NCBI GenBank assembly: GCA_963847445.1
Contig: CAWJZV010000020.1
Coordinates: 1-57,326, forward strand
Length of the DNA stretch: 57,326 bases
Reading direction: 5' to 3'
From: an uncultured delta proteobacterium
GTDB lineage: Bacteria > Desulfobacterota > Binatia > UBA9968
Shown here: positions 1 to 12,175 of the stretch, in pieces
Position numbering within the stretch: position 1 is the stretch's first letter
Layout of the letters: every line of letters starts with the position of its first letter
Made by a program: the position numbers and the translations under genes
Notes under the pieces: model-generated
Seen by the model: the letters and a program-made list of their open reading frames with translations, nothing else
Told to the model about the DNA's origin: nothing
Database searches by the model: none

Positions 1-392
1 GGGCAACACCTACAGTGCTTACCAAGTTGCCCCATTATTCGTGCCATAATTATTTCCCTGTTTTGCCTCGCCCAGTGAGGCATAACATCTTCCCATGTCT
101 TATTTGAAGGGACATAGATTGTATGTGGGCGTCTCTTGAAATACAGCCTCAATTCGTTATTGCCTTCAACGTAAACTAAATCGCCGTCCTCAGCTCCGCC
201 TCTAATAAATGTATAGTACCCATCAATCAGACGACGAAAACGCTCGCCAAGAAAGATCACTAGGATAGAAAAACCAACAACTCCGAGACTTCCTAGTAGG
301 ATACGATCTGTCCAAGTGGGCAACTGCAAACAAAAAGCAAGAATTGAAACAACGCCAGAAAATAGCACAAGATTTCTTAGGCTATGATACAT
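1..392 (-). CDS. Putative immunity protein of the Rhs toxin (two N-terminal hydrophobic helices; 3' end runs off the window)
   Basis: Not in the ORF track. Read manually from ATG at 392: MYHSLRNLVLFSGVVSILAFCLQLPTWTDRILLGSLGVVGFSILVIFLGERFRRLIDGYYTFIRGGAEDGDLVYVEGNNELRLYFKRRPHTIYVPSNKTWEDVMPHWARQNREIIMARIMGQLGK..., open to the window edge. AT-rich and directly downstream of the Rhs C-terminal toxin. Confidence 0.7.
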   Translation of the reverse strand, partial: MYHSLRNLVLFSGVVSILAFCLQLPTWTDRILLGSLGVVGFSILVIFLGERFRRLIDGYYTFIRGGAEDGDLVYVEGNNELRLYFKRRPHTIYVPSNKTWEDVMPHWARQNREIIMARIMGQLGKHCRCC

Positions 393-476
393 TTTGATTT
401 CAAGTCTAAATTTTCACAACAACCGAGATACTTAATTCCGCTTACATTCATTTAGGATTTAAGCTGTTTCGGCCAT

Positions 477-989
477 TCATCTCAATACAATCTTTGTTGC
501 AGGACTACCACCGATGGCGGAGTGAATTTTGTTCATGATATCAAGTAACGGCTTTTCTACCGCGCTCCACGTTCTTGCTGAGTCCGAATTACGTAAGAAA
601 ATTTGCGCATCACCTTTTGCATTCAGGGAAAAAGTTCTCGAAACCCCATTCCATATACCCTCGGGAATCGGATAGTTTTTGTCAACAAAATTCAAAAGCT
701 TGCCACCCAACGTATCCTCTAATAGTCTTCCAGCGCCTTTGCCAGCACGGGCAGCATCGAGTGCTCCCTCCCCGGAGTAAAACACTGACCGCGCACCGCC
801 GCTAAACGCGCCAGCTCCACTAAACGCTAATTGATGAAACATGCCAGTCCACCACCCCGCAGAATAGGCGGTCGAGCATTGATCAACCACGTCATTCGTT
901 CCTAGTCTCCCACGAATATAATTCGTTATTCCAAAGGTCACCATATCTCCAAAGCCAGCCGCATAATTGGCGGCCGAATCTAGAGCGTC
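477..989 (-). other. Rhs C-terminal toxin domain, ADP-ribosyl cyclase (CD38-like / Tox-ARC) candidate
   Basis: 170 aa after the DPLGL autoproteolysis motif. Motifs VFYSG, LLEDTLGG, IWNGVSRTFSLNAKGD and TWSAVEKPLL parallel CD38 LLWS, TLEDTL, FWKTVSRRFAEAACD and TFGSVE. Confidence 0.7.
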
Positions 990-3900
990 CAAACCAAGGG
1001 GATCGACAAAATAGACGGGGTTGTTCCCGACATACGTATAGAAGTTGGTACCACCGGAAAAGCCAATGAGGTCTTGTTGGATAAATCTTCCAACTGAGGG
1101 ATCGTAGTATCTTGATCGGTAAAAATTCAAGCCACTCTCTGAGTCGGACTCCCTTGCCGTATAGCCGTATAGCTGCACAAAATTCGCATCCAACTGCGAT
1201 TCAATCTTGCCGAACGACGAATAGGCATAACGTTGAGCCACCGTCCCGGACTGGTTCGTCAGCTCAGTGATGCTGCCCAGCCCATCCGCATGATAGTAAG
1301 ACCGATTGGTTATTCTTCTCCATGATCAGAGGCTCATCGATGCCGGGACCATGAGTGTAGCGGGCGACGATTTGGATTGGCGCCGTTCAGTTCGAGGAGG
1401 ATGTCTTCGTTGTCGTAGACGTACTTGGTTATCGTCGCGGTGCCGGCGATCACTTCCTTCTCGACTCTTCTGCCTAGACCATCGTAACGATAGTTCGCCG
1501 TGTTGCTGGGTGACACAACGCGAACCAGTTTGTTGTCCGCATCGTACTCGTACTGCGTGATAGCGCCGCCCAACTTCGCAGTCTTGCGGGTCAGGTTCCC
1601 GTTGTTGTCGTACTGGTATGTGAAGTTTGCGTCTTCCAACAACTGGTTCGCCGGGTTGAATATCGACGCGCCGTTCTGGTTGGAGTCGGTCCGGTTACCG
1701 ACCGGATCGTAATTAAAAGTTTCGAGCGGATTCGTTGGCAGTGGATTCACCGCTTGCGTCAACCGGTTCAACACATCGTAGGTGTAGTTCGCAATGCCAG
1801 CATTGTCGCCCTTCGACTGCCGATTCCCTACCTTGTCATACGTGTAAGCGAACGCGTTGATCGTCACGCCGCTTCGCTGGTGTGTGAGGTTTAATAACTG
1901 CGACGCCGCATCGTAGGTGTAGTTCGGTGACAACACCATTGGCGTGCGTCATTGATGTTCGTCGACCTAACGCGTCGTACGTAAATGAAGTGACTCGCCC
2001 CTGATTGTTCGTGATCGAGGTCAACCGGTTCAGCGCGTCGTACGCGTACGTCGTTAGGCCAGTCGGATCGATCATTGACGTACGGTTGCCGTTGAGATCG
2101 TAAGTGTAGACGGGGTCGAGATCATCCAACTTTGGATTTTGGATTTCCGATTTTGGATTTGACGCCGAGATTTCGGAAATACCACTCCCCGCTGCATTAA
2201 CGCTGGATGTTGCGAAGGGTCGGAGTTTTCCTGCCGCAATCATGGCGAGATAAAGGTTCGCGTACTGTCGATCCGACGCCGAGTCCGTAACTGCGAGGAC
2301 CTCAGACGAAAACACTTTCCGTTGCTGCAAATCTGTGTCGGCGATAGGTGTTTGCACCGCAGTGCTGCCGATAACGGTATTCCCACTACTCAGAGAAGCG
2401 TTAGCTTGATCCATACCGGACACGACTGGACTGACAGTCCGCCGTACTCCTCGCAAACTTCCATTGCGCGGTCATCACCGGCATTGCGTCACCAAACGTC
2501 GGACTTAGCTTGGCGATCTGCTGTTGCAAATGGATCGTACCGCTCTGGCCGTTCGGTGCGCCGCTACCAATTCCGCCGTTTACTGTAATGTTAGAAAAAT
2601 TGAAACCAGTGGCGCTCCCGTAATAGACCGCAACTCTACCGCCCCCACCGCCACCACCGCCGGAAGGTGTACCGGGACTTCCGTTGGCGCCGATAACTCC
2701 GGTACCAGAAAGTGTACCGACATCAATACGGATTCCACCTCCGCTACCGCCGGCGCTGAATCCTTCGGCTAAACCTCCACCCGCGCGCACAGCTCCGTTG
2801 AGGACAAATGTTTGTGCCGCTATGCGTGCGAGACCACCACCATTTCCGGCAGGACTACCATTAAATCCACCTCCACCGCTGCCCACGTCATTTGGATTCG
2901 TGGCAACACCATACAATGGATTTGTCGAACCGCTGAATGCACCGCCTAATCCGCCATAGCTTCCAGCGGTACCCGAACCATTTACCGACTTGAACCCTAA
3001 AGTCATACCATTGGTAGAACTCGGGTTCCCCGGTCGTCCACCACCCAAAAACCCGATGCCAATGACATCGATCCGACTCGTTCCGTCGATTGTTAAATTT
3101 TCGGTCGCCAAATCAAGTTTGAACGCCGCGGTCCCGGTCGTCGCCGCGTGGGTGAGTACCGAGTTGTTGGTCAAGTTAGTGCTATTCGAGATAACCCGAA
3201 CACCCGATGCATATTCGCTATTGTTCGAGACTTCTAATGTTCCCGTAAGATTCAGAGTTCCATCGAATTTCGCCCGAGCATTGCGCCGAATTCGGAGGTG
3301 GCTGAACGAAAGTGTCGTCGATGACGCACCTTGAATTGGAGTCCTCGAAGCGGCCAGCAGCGTCAAATTATTATTGTCAATAACTAACTCGCCACTTTCA
3401 CTAGCCGGCCCTTGCAGGTAAACAGTACCCGCCCCTCCATTTGGAGAGCCGGCACCTAGAGCTCCGAATGAGTTAACATTATTAAAGGAAAAACTTGTTC
3501 CGTTTTGATAATAGATCGCTATCCGCCCACCACCGCCGCCGCCGCCACCCGCCGGCACGAATCCCGCACTTCCGTTGGCTGAAATTGTCCCGCTCCCTTG
3601 CAGCGTTCCAACATCGATCCTGATTCCGCCGCCACTCCCTCCAGCACCAGCACCATCTGCAGTTCCACCGTTCGCCCTAATAGACCCATTCACCGACATT
3701 GATTGTGCAACGATCCGCGCCAAGCCACCGCCATTACCGGCGGGGGCTCCTTGGAATCCACCGCCACCGCTACCAACTTCATTAGGATTCCTAAAGTCGC
3801 CGTACACGGGATTAGTTGCACCGGAAAAGTTACCGCCCAGGCCGCCATAGCTTCCCGCCGTTCCCGATTGGTTCGTCGATTGGAACCCTACCGTCATTCC

Positions 3901-6900
3901 ATTAGTCGTGCTTGGGTTTCCAGGTCGCCCACCAGCCAAGAAGCCTCGACCACTGACATCAATCCGGCTCGTGGCGTCGATATTAATGTTCTGGGCATTT
4001 ATGTCGAGTTTGAAGGTTTGGGCCGACGTTGTTGATGCGTGTCCCAGCTTGCCCCCGGTGATCAGCTCAATCGTATTGGCTGTAATACCATTACCGATCA
4101 CGAATTCGCCGTTAGTGGCAATTTCCAAGGCACCTGAAATATTTAACGTACTGTCCAGCTTCGCGAGAGCTGTTCGACGAACCCGCAAATGCGTTAATGA
4201 CAAAGTAGTGTTAGCAGCACCTAGTATCGGTGTCGTCGAGGTAACTGGAACCGTCAGGTTGTTATTGTCGACAACTAGCTCGCCGCTCTCTCTAGTCGGA
4301 CCCTGCAAATATACGGTTCCCGCGCCGCCATTGATCGAACTGCCACTGAAGGCCGCGCCAAAGGCCGTCACATTCGCAAAATTGAACGTTGCTGCGCTCT
4401 GATAATAAATAGCCACTCTGCCACCACCGCCACCACCTCCACCCGCAGGCACAAATGCCGGACTTCCGTTTGCGGCAATTGAACCCGTTCCCGAGATCGA
4501 TCCAACGTCGATCCTAATACCTCCGCCACTCCCGCCAGCGCCGGAACCATCCGCAGAACCTCCGTTAGCTCGAATGGATCCATTGAGCACAATTGATTGC
4601 GCAACGATCCGCGCTAAGCCACCGCCATTACCCGCAGGGGCGCCTTGGAATCCGCCACCACCGCTGCCAACTTCACTGGGATTCCTAAAGTCGCCGTATA
4701 CGGGATTCGTTGAACCGGAAGAGTTACCGCCCACGCCGCCATAGCCTCCCGCAGTTCCCGATTGGTTTGTCGCCTGGAATCCCACCGTCATTCCATTCGT
4801 CGTGCTGGGATTTCCCGGTCGCCCACCAGCCAAGAAGCCTCGACCACTCACATCAATCCGGCTCGCGGAGTCGATTTGGATCGTGCCTGTTACCACAAGA
4901 TCGAGCTTTCCGAGCGTGGCCTCCGTCGTTGGAGTATGGGTCAAGACGGCGCCGTTCAGCAGGACTACGTTCGCAAAGGTGTGTTGCCCGTTGACGGTCA
5001 ATGTTCGGCCGTTAACTTGTAACGTCTGGCCTTCAAACTGAAAATTGGTTGCGCTGATGGTTGTATCAACGTTTATAGGAACGACTGCCGTGGAGAGCGC
5101 CGATTCCGGGGTCGAGCTACTGGAAGCCAAGCGGTTGGCTGCGTCATAGGTATTGAAGACACCCGTCGCAGGATTGATCACGGACAAGAGATTGCCGACA
5201 GAATCATAGGCAAAATTCGTGACGTAAGGGTTAGTTTCCGTCGACGTCGGTGGACGCGTTTTGCTGATAAGACGGTTCAACGCGTCGTAGTTGAATACAA
5301 TTATCTGGCTGTTGCGGTTTGTCGTGGAAGTCAGATTACCATTACTGTCGTAGGTAAACGCTTCGGTAAACCCCAGCGGATTGGTTGCGGACGCGAGACG
5401 ATCTAGACCATCGTAAACGAAAGTTGACAGCTGATTCTTGGCGTCGCGGACCTGGATTAGGTTACCCTTCGGATCGTAGCCGTACTGGGTGGTTTTGAGA
5501 TCAGCGTCTAAAACCGTGATGAGCCGATTGCGCGCATCATAGGTAAACTGCGTGACACGATTCTCGGCGTCGGTGGAGGTACTGACGTTGCCGGCGCTGT
5601 TATAAGCCAACGTCGTCACGTCGCCTTTCGGATTTGTCGTCGTAACCAGATTACCGTTCCCGTTGTAAGCGAAACTTGTCGTCGTTTGAACGGCAGTTCC
5701 GACTGCGGAAGTAACTAACAATAGCAATCCGCGCGCGTCGTAGCTCATTTGAGTGCGATTGCTGAGCGCGTCGATGATCTCAATGGGATTGCCCTTCACG
5801 TCGTAGTTGATCGTAGTGGTATTGCCCTTGGGATCGCGGATCGTCTTGACCTGATTAAAAACCGGTTCGTAGGTAAAAATAGTCGTAGCGCCGACGGGGT
5901 CGGTTGTAGTCAGCAGATTTCCGTTCGCATCGTACGCCATGGTCGTGACCGCGCCGTTTGGTCGGGTGATCCGTGTCGGCAAGCCATTGGCGTCGCGCAC
6001 TGTAGTCGTTGTTTGACCGAGGGCGTCTGTTTGAGATGTCACTTGTCCGAGCGCGTCTAGAACAAATCTATTCTGGTTGCCTCTTCCATCGGTAAGCGAC
6101 GCTGTGGCGTTTTGGCTTGTCACAATCGGTGCCGGGTTGGTCGGCGTACCCTGGCCTACTGCGGTGTCGACAAGACCGCGAAGCTTGCTGGAAACTAGCG
6201 CGCGCGTCTCGCCGGTCGGACGGGTCGACTGGGCGAATCGCCCGGCGAAGTCGTACGCATATGTGGTGCTTTGCCCCCGCTCATCGGTCGCCTGTGTGAC
6301 ATGACCCTTGCCGTCGTAGGCATAGGCCATGAAGGTCGCATCTGGGTTGATAATCCGAAGCAGATTGCCCGCTGAGTCATGCTGGAAGATCGTTTGCCGT
6401 CCAGCGGGATCGGCGATGCTCTGGAGCTTGCCACCGCTATAGGTCAAAGTCGTCACCAATCCAGCCGGATCAGTGACGGCAAGCAGTCTAGCGCTGCCAT
6501 CGTAGGTAAACGTTGCCGTATTCAGGTTTCGATCGACGATCGAGGTCTGAAGGCCCTGGGTGTTGAAATTACTCTTAGTTCCGTCCTTGTACGTTCGCGT
6601 GTACGTGCCGTCTGCGGAGTTTCTGGCTAATGTCGAGAACTCGCGCGCGGGAGAAGTAAACGTATCAGGGCCTCCGGAGAAAAACAGCGCCGTGCCGTCG
6701 CCACTGGTGAGGAGGACACCGCCGCCGGGTTGGACATGGAGTTGCTGAAGATCGCTGATCGCCCAACCGGCGCCAATGGCACTGCTCTTTCGATTAAATA
6801 CAATCACACTACCGGTAGAAATCCCGCCGACGGATGAATTGAGATAGTTGCTAAAGACCGTCGCTTCAAACGGATAGCGCCCGGTCGCCAAATTCGACGC

Positions 6901-9900
6901 ATCGAACTGGACCGACATGCGCGAGGTGGAATCGGAGTCTTCCGGCAACGAACTACTGTTAGTGTGAATCTCGCCACCCTGCTGGACGCCGCCAACTTTG
7001 AGCCGAGTTGAAAATGAATTGGGTACCGCGGCACGGACACTCAACGTGCTGTCTAAGGAAATAATCGGCCTGGGGTCGGCAGTTATAGAACTGTAAGTGA
7101 GTGACAGGTTCCGGCTTTGTCCGAGCGAGCGATAGGAAGACAAACCATGTGAGAGGTATAAGCTACCTTCTTCCAAGTTGGCTTCTGATCCAACGGCAGT
7201 GCGGCAAGATCCGCAGAAATTGTTTCCCTGACTCGGGTTCGAAGTCGTACTTGAAGCGAGCGGGAAATGCCAAGCACTGGCGGACACGCCGCCTTCAACC
7301 GTGACAACGCTCACGCCATCGGCGGACACCGCGCTCTTGCCAACGATATTGAACTTTCCAGTGTCAGGGCTGAGCGACCAGAGATTGAACTCATTACCTG
7401 GCGGGACGCCATCGGCGTTCGGGAATGTGATCCGCGCGGGTGGGTTAAAGCGAATGCCTGCCGGCTGGATGGTCACCGCCATGCCAGGGCGCAATTCTTC
7501 AGGACGCGACTCGGGGCGGCCATAATCAGGGACCGGATTGATCGAGAGCTTGCCGGTAAACGGTGTACCATCCGCGTTGAATGCCGAGCCGCCAGCGATT
7601 TCAAGCATAGCGCCCGGCAGGTTGGGATTGGTAACCACGGTCTCAAAAACCGCACTGACCTGGACCTCGGCTTCCACGTCGACGTCAGGGAGTGAGATCG
7701 CTGAATTCAAATCGTTGAGCACACCGTCAATTAGCTCCACCGCCACAGCAATGATCGCAAACACGCCGAGGTTGGCGTTGCGGCCGTTAACGATGAGTTG
7801 CTGGGTTGCGGAAGGAACGCCAGTGATCGTGAAAATACCGTCAGCGTCGGTCACTCCCGTGTGACCGCTGGATCGCAGCGTCACTTGCACGTTGCTGAGC
7901 GGGACATTTTGCAGATTGACGACCTTGCCGCGAACTGCGGTGGTGCCGCCTGGCGGCGGATTGGGCACGGTGATGGTGATGGTTTCTGAGGCGGAATTTG
8001 ACCCGGCGGAAGCGGAGAAAGTGAGTTGATAGCTTCCCACCTGGGTCGTGCTCGGCCGGAAAGTGAACACACCCGTGGCGGCATTGAACGTCGCGTGGGT
8101 CATCAGCGGCAGCGGCGCGACGAACAAGCTTGCCGAACCGGTGGCGCTGATGGCGCTCACGGTAAAAGTCAACGTCTCGCCGAGATTGGCGGTCTTGTTG
8201 CCGATCGGGTTAAGCACCAATGCCGAACCGATGGTCGCCGTGGTTTGCGAAACCGCGCTCGTGCCAAATGTGTCGGTCACTGTCAAAGTGACGGTGTATA
8301 TGCCGGTCGCAGCGTAAGTGTAAGTCGGATTCGCTCCGGTGCCCGTGCCGCTGCCTGTGGTGAGCGGCGTCGAACCATCGCCAAATGTCCACGAGTAAGT
8401 AATCGGATTGCCATCCGGGTCGCTGCCGGTGCCATTGAATTGAATTGGTGTACCGACATTGCCGCTGTACGGACCGCCGGCATTGGCCGTGGGCGGTAGA
8501 TTGACGAGAATAACATTAATCGAAACCGTGGCGGTCGCGCTGGTGCTTAGGCCGTCGCTTGCGTTGAACGTGAAACTATCGGCGCCGAAATAATTGCTCG
8601 CCGGTGTGTAGCTCACAGTCGCCGTGCAGGTCACACCCTGGCCCTGAACCGCGCAGTTGGGCGCGCCTATATTGCCGAGGGTTCCGTTGCTCGGGGGGGT
8701 GGCGATGTTGAACGTTAGTACTTTGTGATCGATGTCGCTGGCACTGAGGGTGACAATCACCGGCGTGTTTTGATTGGTGCTGATCGACTGCGACTGCGCC
8801 ACCGGAGGATCGTTGACATTGACAACCGTGACCTGCGCCATCGCCACGTTGCCGTATAGGGTTCCATCGAAAACTCGATAAGTAAACGTATCGACGCCGT
8901 TAAAGTTGGCCTCGGGAATGTAATTGAACGAACCGTTGGCATTGAGACTAAAACTAGTCGCGTGAGTCGGCCCGGTGACCAGCTCAACGGTCAGAGTCTG
9001 GCCGACATTGAGATCGCTATCGTTTTCCAGCACGCCGGGCGCGGCGATACCCAGGACGCTATCTTCCGCCACACTGTAGTTATCGTTGTTGGCCACCGGC
9101 GCGTCGTTCACTGGATTCACCGCGATGGTCACCATCGCGAGATTGCTGTCGCTCGCGCCGTCGTTCGCCTTGTAAGTAAAACTATCCGCGCCATTGAAGG
9201 TGGCTGCCGGCGCGTAGCTAAACGAACCGTCGGGATTGAGGGTAAAAGATGCCGCATGACTCGGTCCGGTAACCAGAATTGCGGTGAGATTGGCCTGCGG
9301 CGAATCGATATCGTTGTCGTTGGCTAATACGCCGCGAGCCAGGACTTCCAGCGAGGTATCTTCGTCGGTATTGTAGATGTCATTGGTTGCCACCGGTGCG
9401 TCGTTCACCGGGTTAATTGCGATCGTCACCGTCGCATCGTTGCTGTCGGTGCTACCGTCGTTAACTTTGTAGGTAAACGTGTCTGTACCGTTATAATTGG
9501 CTGCCGGCGTGTAACTGAACGAACCATCGGAATTGAAGGTGAAAGACGCCGCGTGGCTGGGAGTTGAGACCAGAACCGCGCTTAAGTTCGCGGCCGGCGT
9601 ATCGATATCATTGTCGTTGCCCAAGACTCCGGGCGCGCCCGTGCTGAGCACCGTAACCTCATTGGTATTGTAGAAATCGGCGCTGGCCACCGGGGCATCG
9701 TCGATAACGTTGACGACGATGGAAATCGTCGCAGCATTGGAATCCACAGCGCCGTCGTTGACCCTGAATGTAAAACTATCCGAACCACCGGAGTTGGCGC
9801 CGGGGGTGTACGTGACCGTGGCGGTGCAGATGGTTCCTGGAGTGCCGGTGTTATTGGGCACAGCGGTACATGAGGTGCACCGATAGCGCTGAGGGAGCCG

Positions 9901-12161
9901 TTGCTCAGGCCGGTGACGATATTGAACATCAGGCCGGTGCTGTCGATATCGATAGCGCTGAGCGTGATGACTATGGGGTTGTCTTCGTTGGTCTGCGCGG
10001 TGCCGTTGCTGGCGACTGGCGCATCATTGACTGGCAGGACAGTGAGCGAAACCGTGACAACGGTGGAGTCCAAGGGATCGTCGTTGGCTTTGAAGGTGAA
10101 ATTGTCCGGGCCGTTGTAGTTGGCCACGGGAGTATAAGTCACCGTGGCGGTGCAATTTGACCCCGCGCCGCTGGCGACACAATTCGGCGATGAAACAGCG
10201 CCGAGTGTGCCGTTGGTTGGAGCGGCGACGAAACTGAAGCTCAAGCTCGCGCTGTCGACGTCGCTCGCCGCGAGCGTTATAGCTACCGGCACATCTTCGT
10301 CGGTGGATACAGTGGCGCCGTTAGCGGTTGGCGCGTCAGCGACAGAACCCACCGAAATCGAGGCGGTGGTTACGTTGCTGGTGGCGAGGCCGTCAGTGAC
10401 CGCGAATGTGAAGCTGTCCGCGCCATTGAAGTTGGCCGCCGGGGTGTAGGTAACGCTGCCTGTACAATTACCGCTCGAACAGGTGAGCGTGCCGCTGTTG
10501 GCATTTAGCGTGCCGTTACTCGGAGCAGCGACGACGTTGAAACTCAAAGTCGCATCGTCGAGATCGATAGCGCTGAGCGAGACAATGACGGGCGTGTCTT
10601 CGTTGGTAGTTGCGCTAATATTGTTGGCCGTGGGTGGATGGTTGATGGCCGTAACGGTCACCGTGGCTGGCGCACTATTGAATTGCCCGTCGTTGACTAC
10701 CAACCGAAGGATATAATCGCCTATGACCAGCGGCGTGAATGTCGGGTTAGCCGTGTTGGCGCCGGTGAGCGTGATGTTGCTGCCAGCGGCCTGGGAGACA
10801 ATCGTCCAGAGAAATCCCAGCGGCGCGCCTTCGGGATCGCTGCTCTGAGTGCCATTGAGTGTAACGATCTCGCCCGTCGGCACGGTCTCAATGGCACCAG
10901 CGTCGGCCACCGGCGGTGCATTGGAAAACTCGAAAGCACCGGCATCGAAAGCTGGAACACGGTTGGCGTTGCCGTCGGCCGGTCGGATGCCTTCAACGGC
11001 AAAGTCAGCTTCGAAGATCGGATTGAACGACGGATTGAAGCCAAGAGTGCGCGGGTCCATGCCGGCGTCGATGGCGAGGGAATTGGGCTTCAAGCTAAAA
11101 TCGTCGTCCACCGTGTTCGCCCGCTTGTCGTGACCGTTCTTGTTGGCGAACAGATTTGCCGGCAGCTGGCAGCCCGGCAGTGCGCCAACGCCGGCGCCTT
11201 CGCTGCCCGTCGGCGTGAAATTGCCGGAGTCTGTGGCATCGAGTAATTGCGTCGAGATCTGGCCCTGGGTGTTGCCGCAGACAAGATTGTTCAACAGCCG
11301 GATATTTTGTGGTTGGGGTGTGCTGGAGCTTTCTCTTCTGACTCCAAACCGGCCACCGGTGGTCCCCGATGCGGTGCCGTTGCCATTGACGATATTGTTG
11401 GCGAGCAGAACCGTCTGGCCGCGCGCGACGTTTATGCCATTTCTTCGATTGCCGTAGACCGTGTTGTTTATGACGTAATGCGGACCGCTGCCGCTGCCCT
11501 CAAAGGCAATGCCGTTAAGACCATTGGCATAAATTAAATTGTTGACGATCAGCGTCTCGCGGTTGCCGGCACTCACGACGACGGCACCGTTGCAGGTGCT
11601 GCTAACGTTCCCGTAAATCCGGTTGAGCTCGATGTGAATAGCCACGTTGTTCACCTTGCCGCCGCCGTCAGTGTCGTCGCCATCCCCGCTTGGGGCAAGC
11701 CAAATCGCTGGTCCGGCAACGTTGGTAATGATGAGATCGCGGATGGTGATATAGCGGCTGTTGCGCAGTCTAATACCATAGCTTGGCCCGTCATCGTCGC
11801 CGCACCCGCTGTCATCATCACCGCCACCTCCTCCTGTTCCACGAACTATGACACTCCCCACCGGGCTGTTGGGGTCGGACTCGATGACGATGCGGTGCAT
11901 CTCGGTGGAACTGGCGATTCTATTCTTATTAGAAACTCTGACCTGTTCCGTATAGATGCCTGACTGAATCCGCACGATGTTGCCGGGGCCGGCGGCGTTA
12001 ACCGCCGCCTGAATCGTCGTGTAACAGAGAGTATGCCCGCCGCAAGTGGGATCGGTGCGGTTGACGTAGCGAATGGTCTGGGCTTGTGCTGTACTTATAT
12101 GAAGATTGATAAGAAAAAACAGAGACAGGGAAAGGACGGTAAACCGTTCATGTTTAACCAT
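477..12161 (-). CDS. Giant secreted Rhs/YD-repeat polymorphic toxin/adhesin (~3,890 aa after joining frameshifts near 9875, 2400-2480, 1925 and 1375)
   Basis: ORFs 9582-12185, 2401-9861, 1836-2456, 1334-1939 and 477-1241 join into one protein. Order: signal peptide (MVKHERFTVLSLSLFFLINLHISTAQA), parallel beta-helix (NNLIYAN/NNTVYGN), PKD and seven ~95-aa Ig-like repeats (NDAPVA...YTP), carboxypeptidase-regulatory-like domain, YD repeats, Rhs core (YGYTARESDSESGLNFYRSRYYDPSVGRFIQQD...NPVYFVDPLGL), variable C-terminus. Confidence 0.88.
2131..2162. repeat. Heptamer tandem repeat (TTTTGGA/TTTCCGA) in frame within the Rhs linker
   Basis: tttgga-ttttgga-tttccga-ttttgga-tttga, translated as SNPKSEIQNPK. 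Same unit as the intergenic repeats at 14645 and 24031. Confidence 0.75.
2510..5110 (-). repeat. Three tandem ~297-aa glycine-rich repeats inside the Rhs protein
   Basis: RIDVSGRGFLAGGRPGNPSTTNGMTVGF...GSGGGG...GNGGGLARIVAQ...GGSGGGIRIDVG...GGGGGGGRVAIYY...GGAGTVYLQ recurs at spacings of 894 and 891 nt (anchors near 4832, 3938, 3047). Confidence 0.9.
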
Positions 12162-12175
12162 CGTTGCGCCACGGC

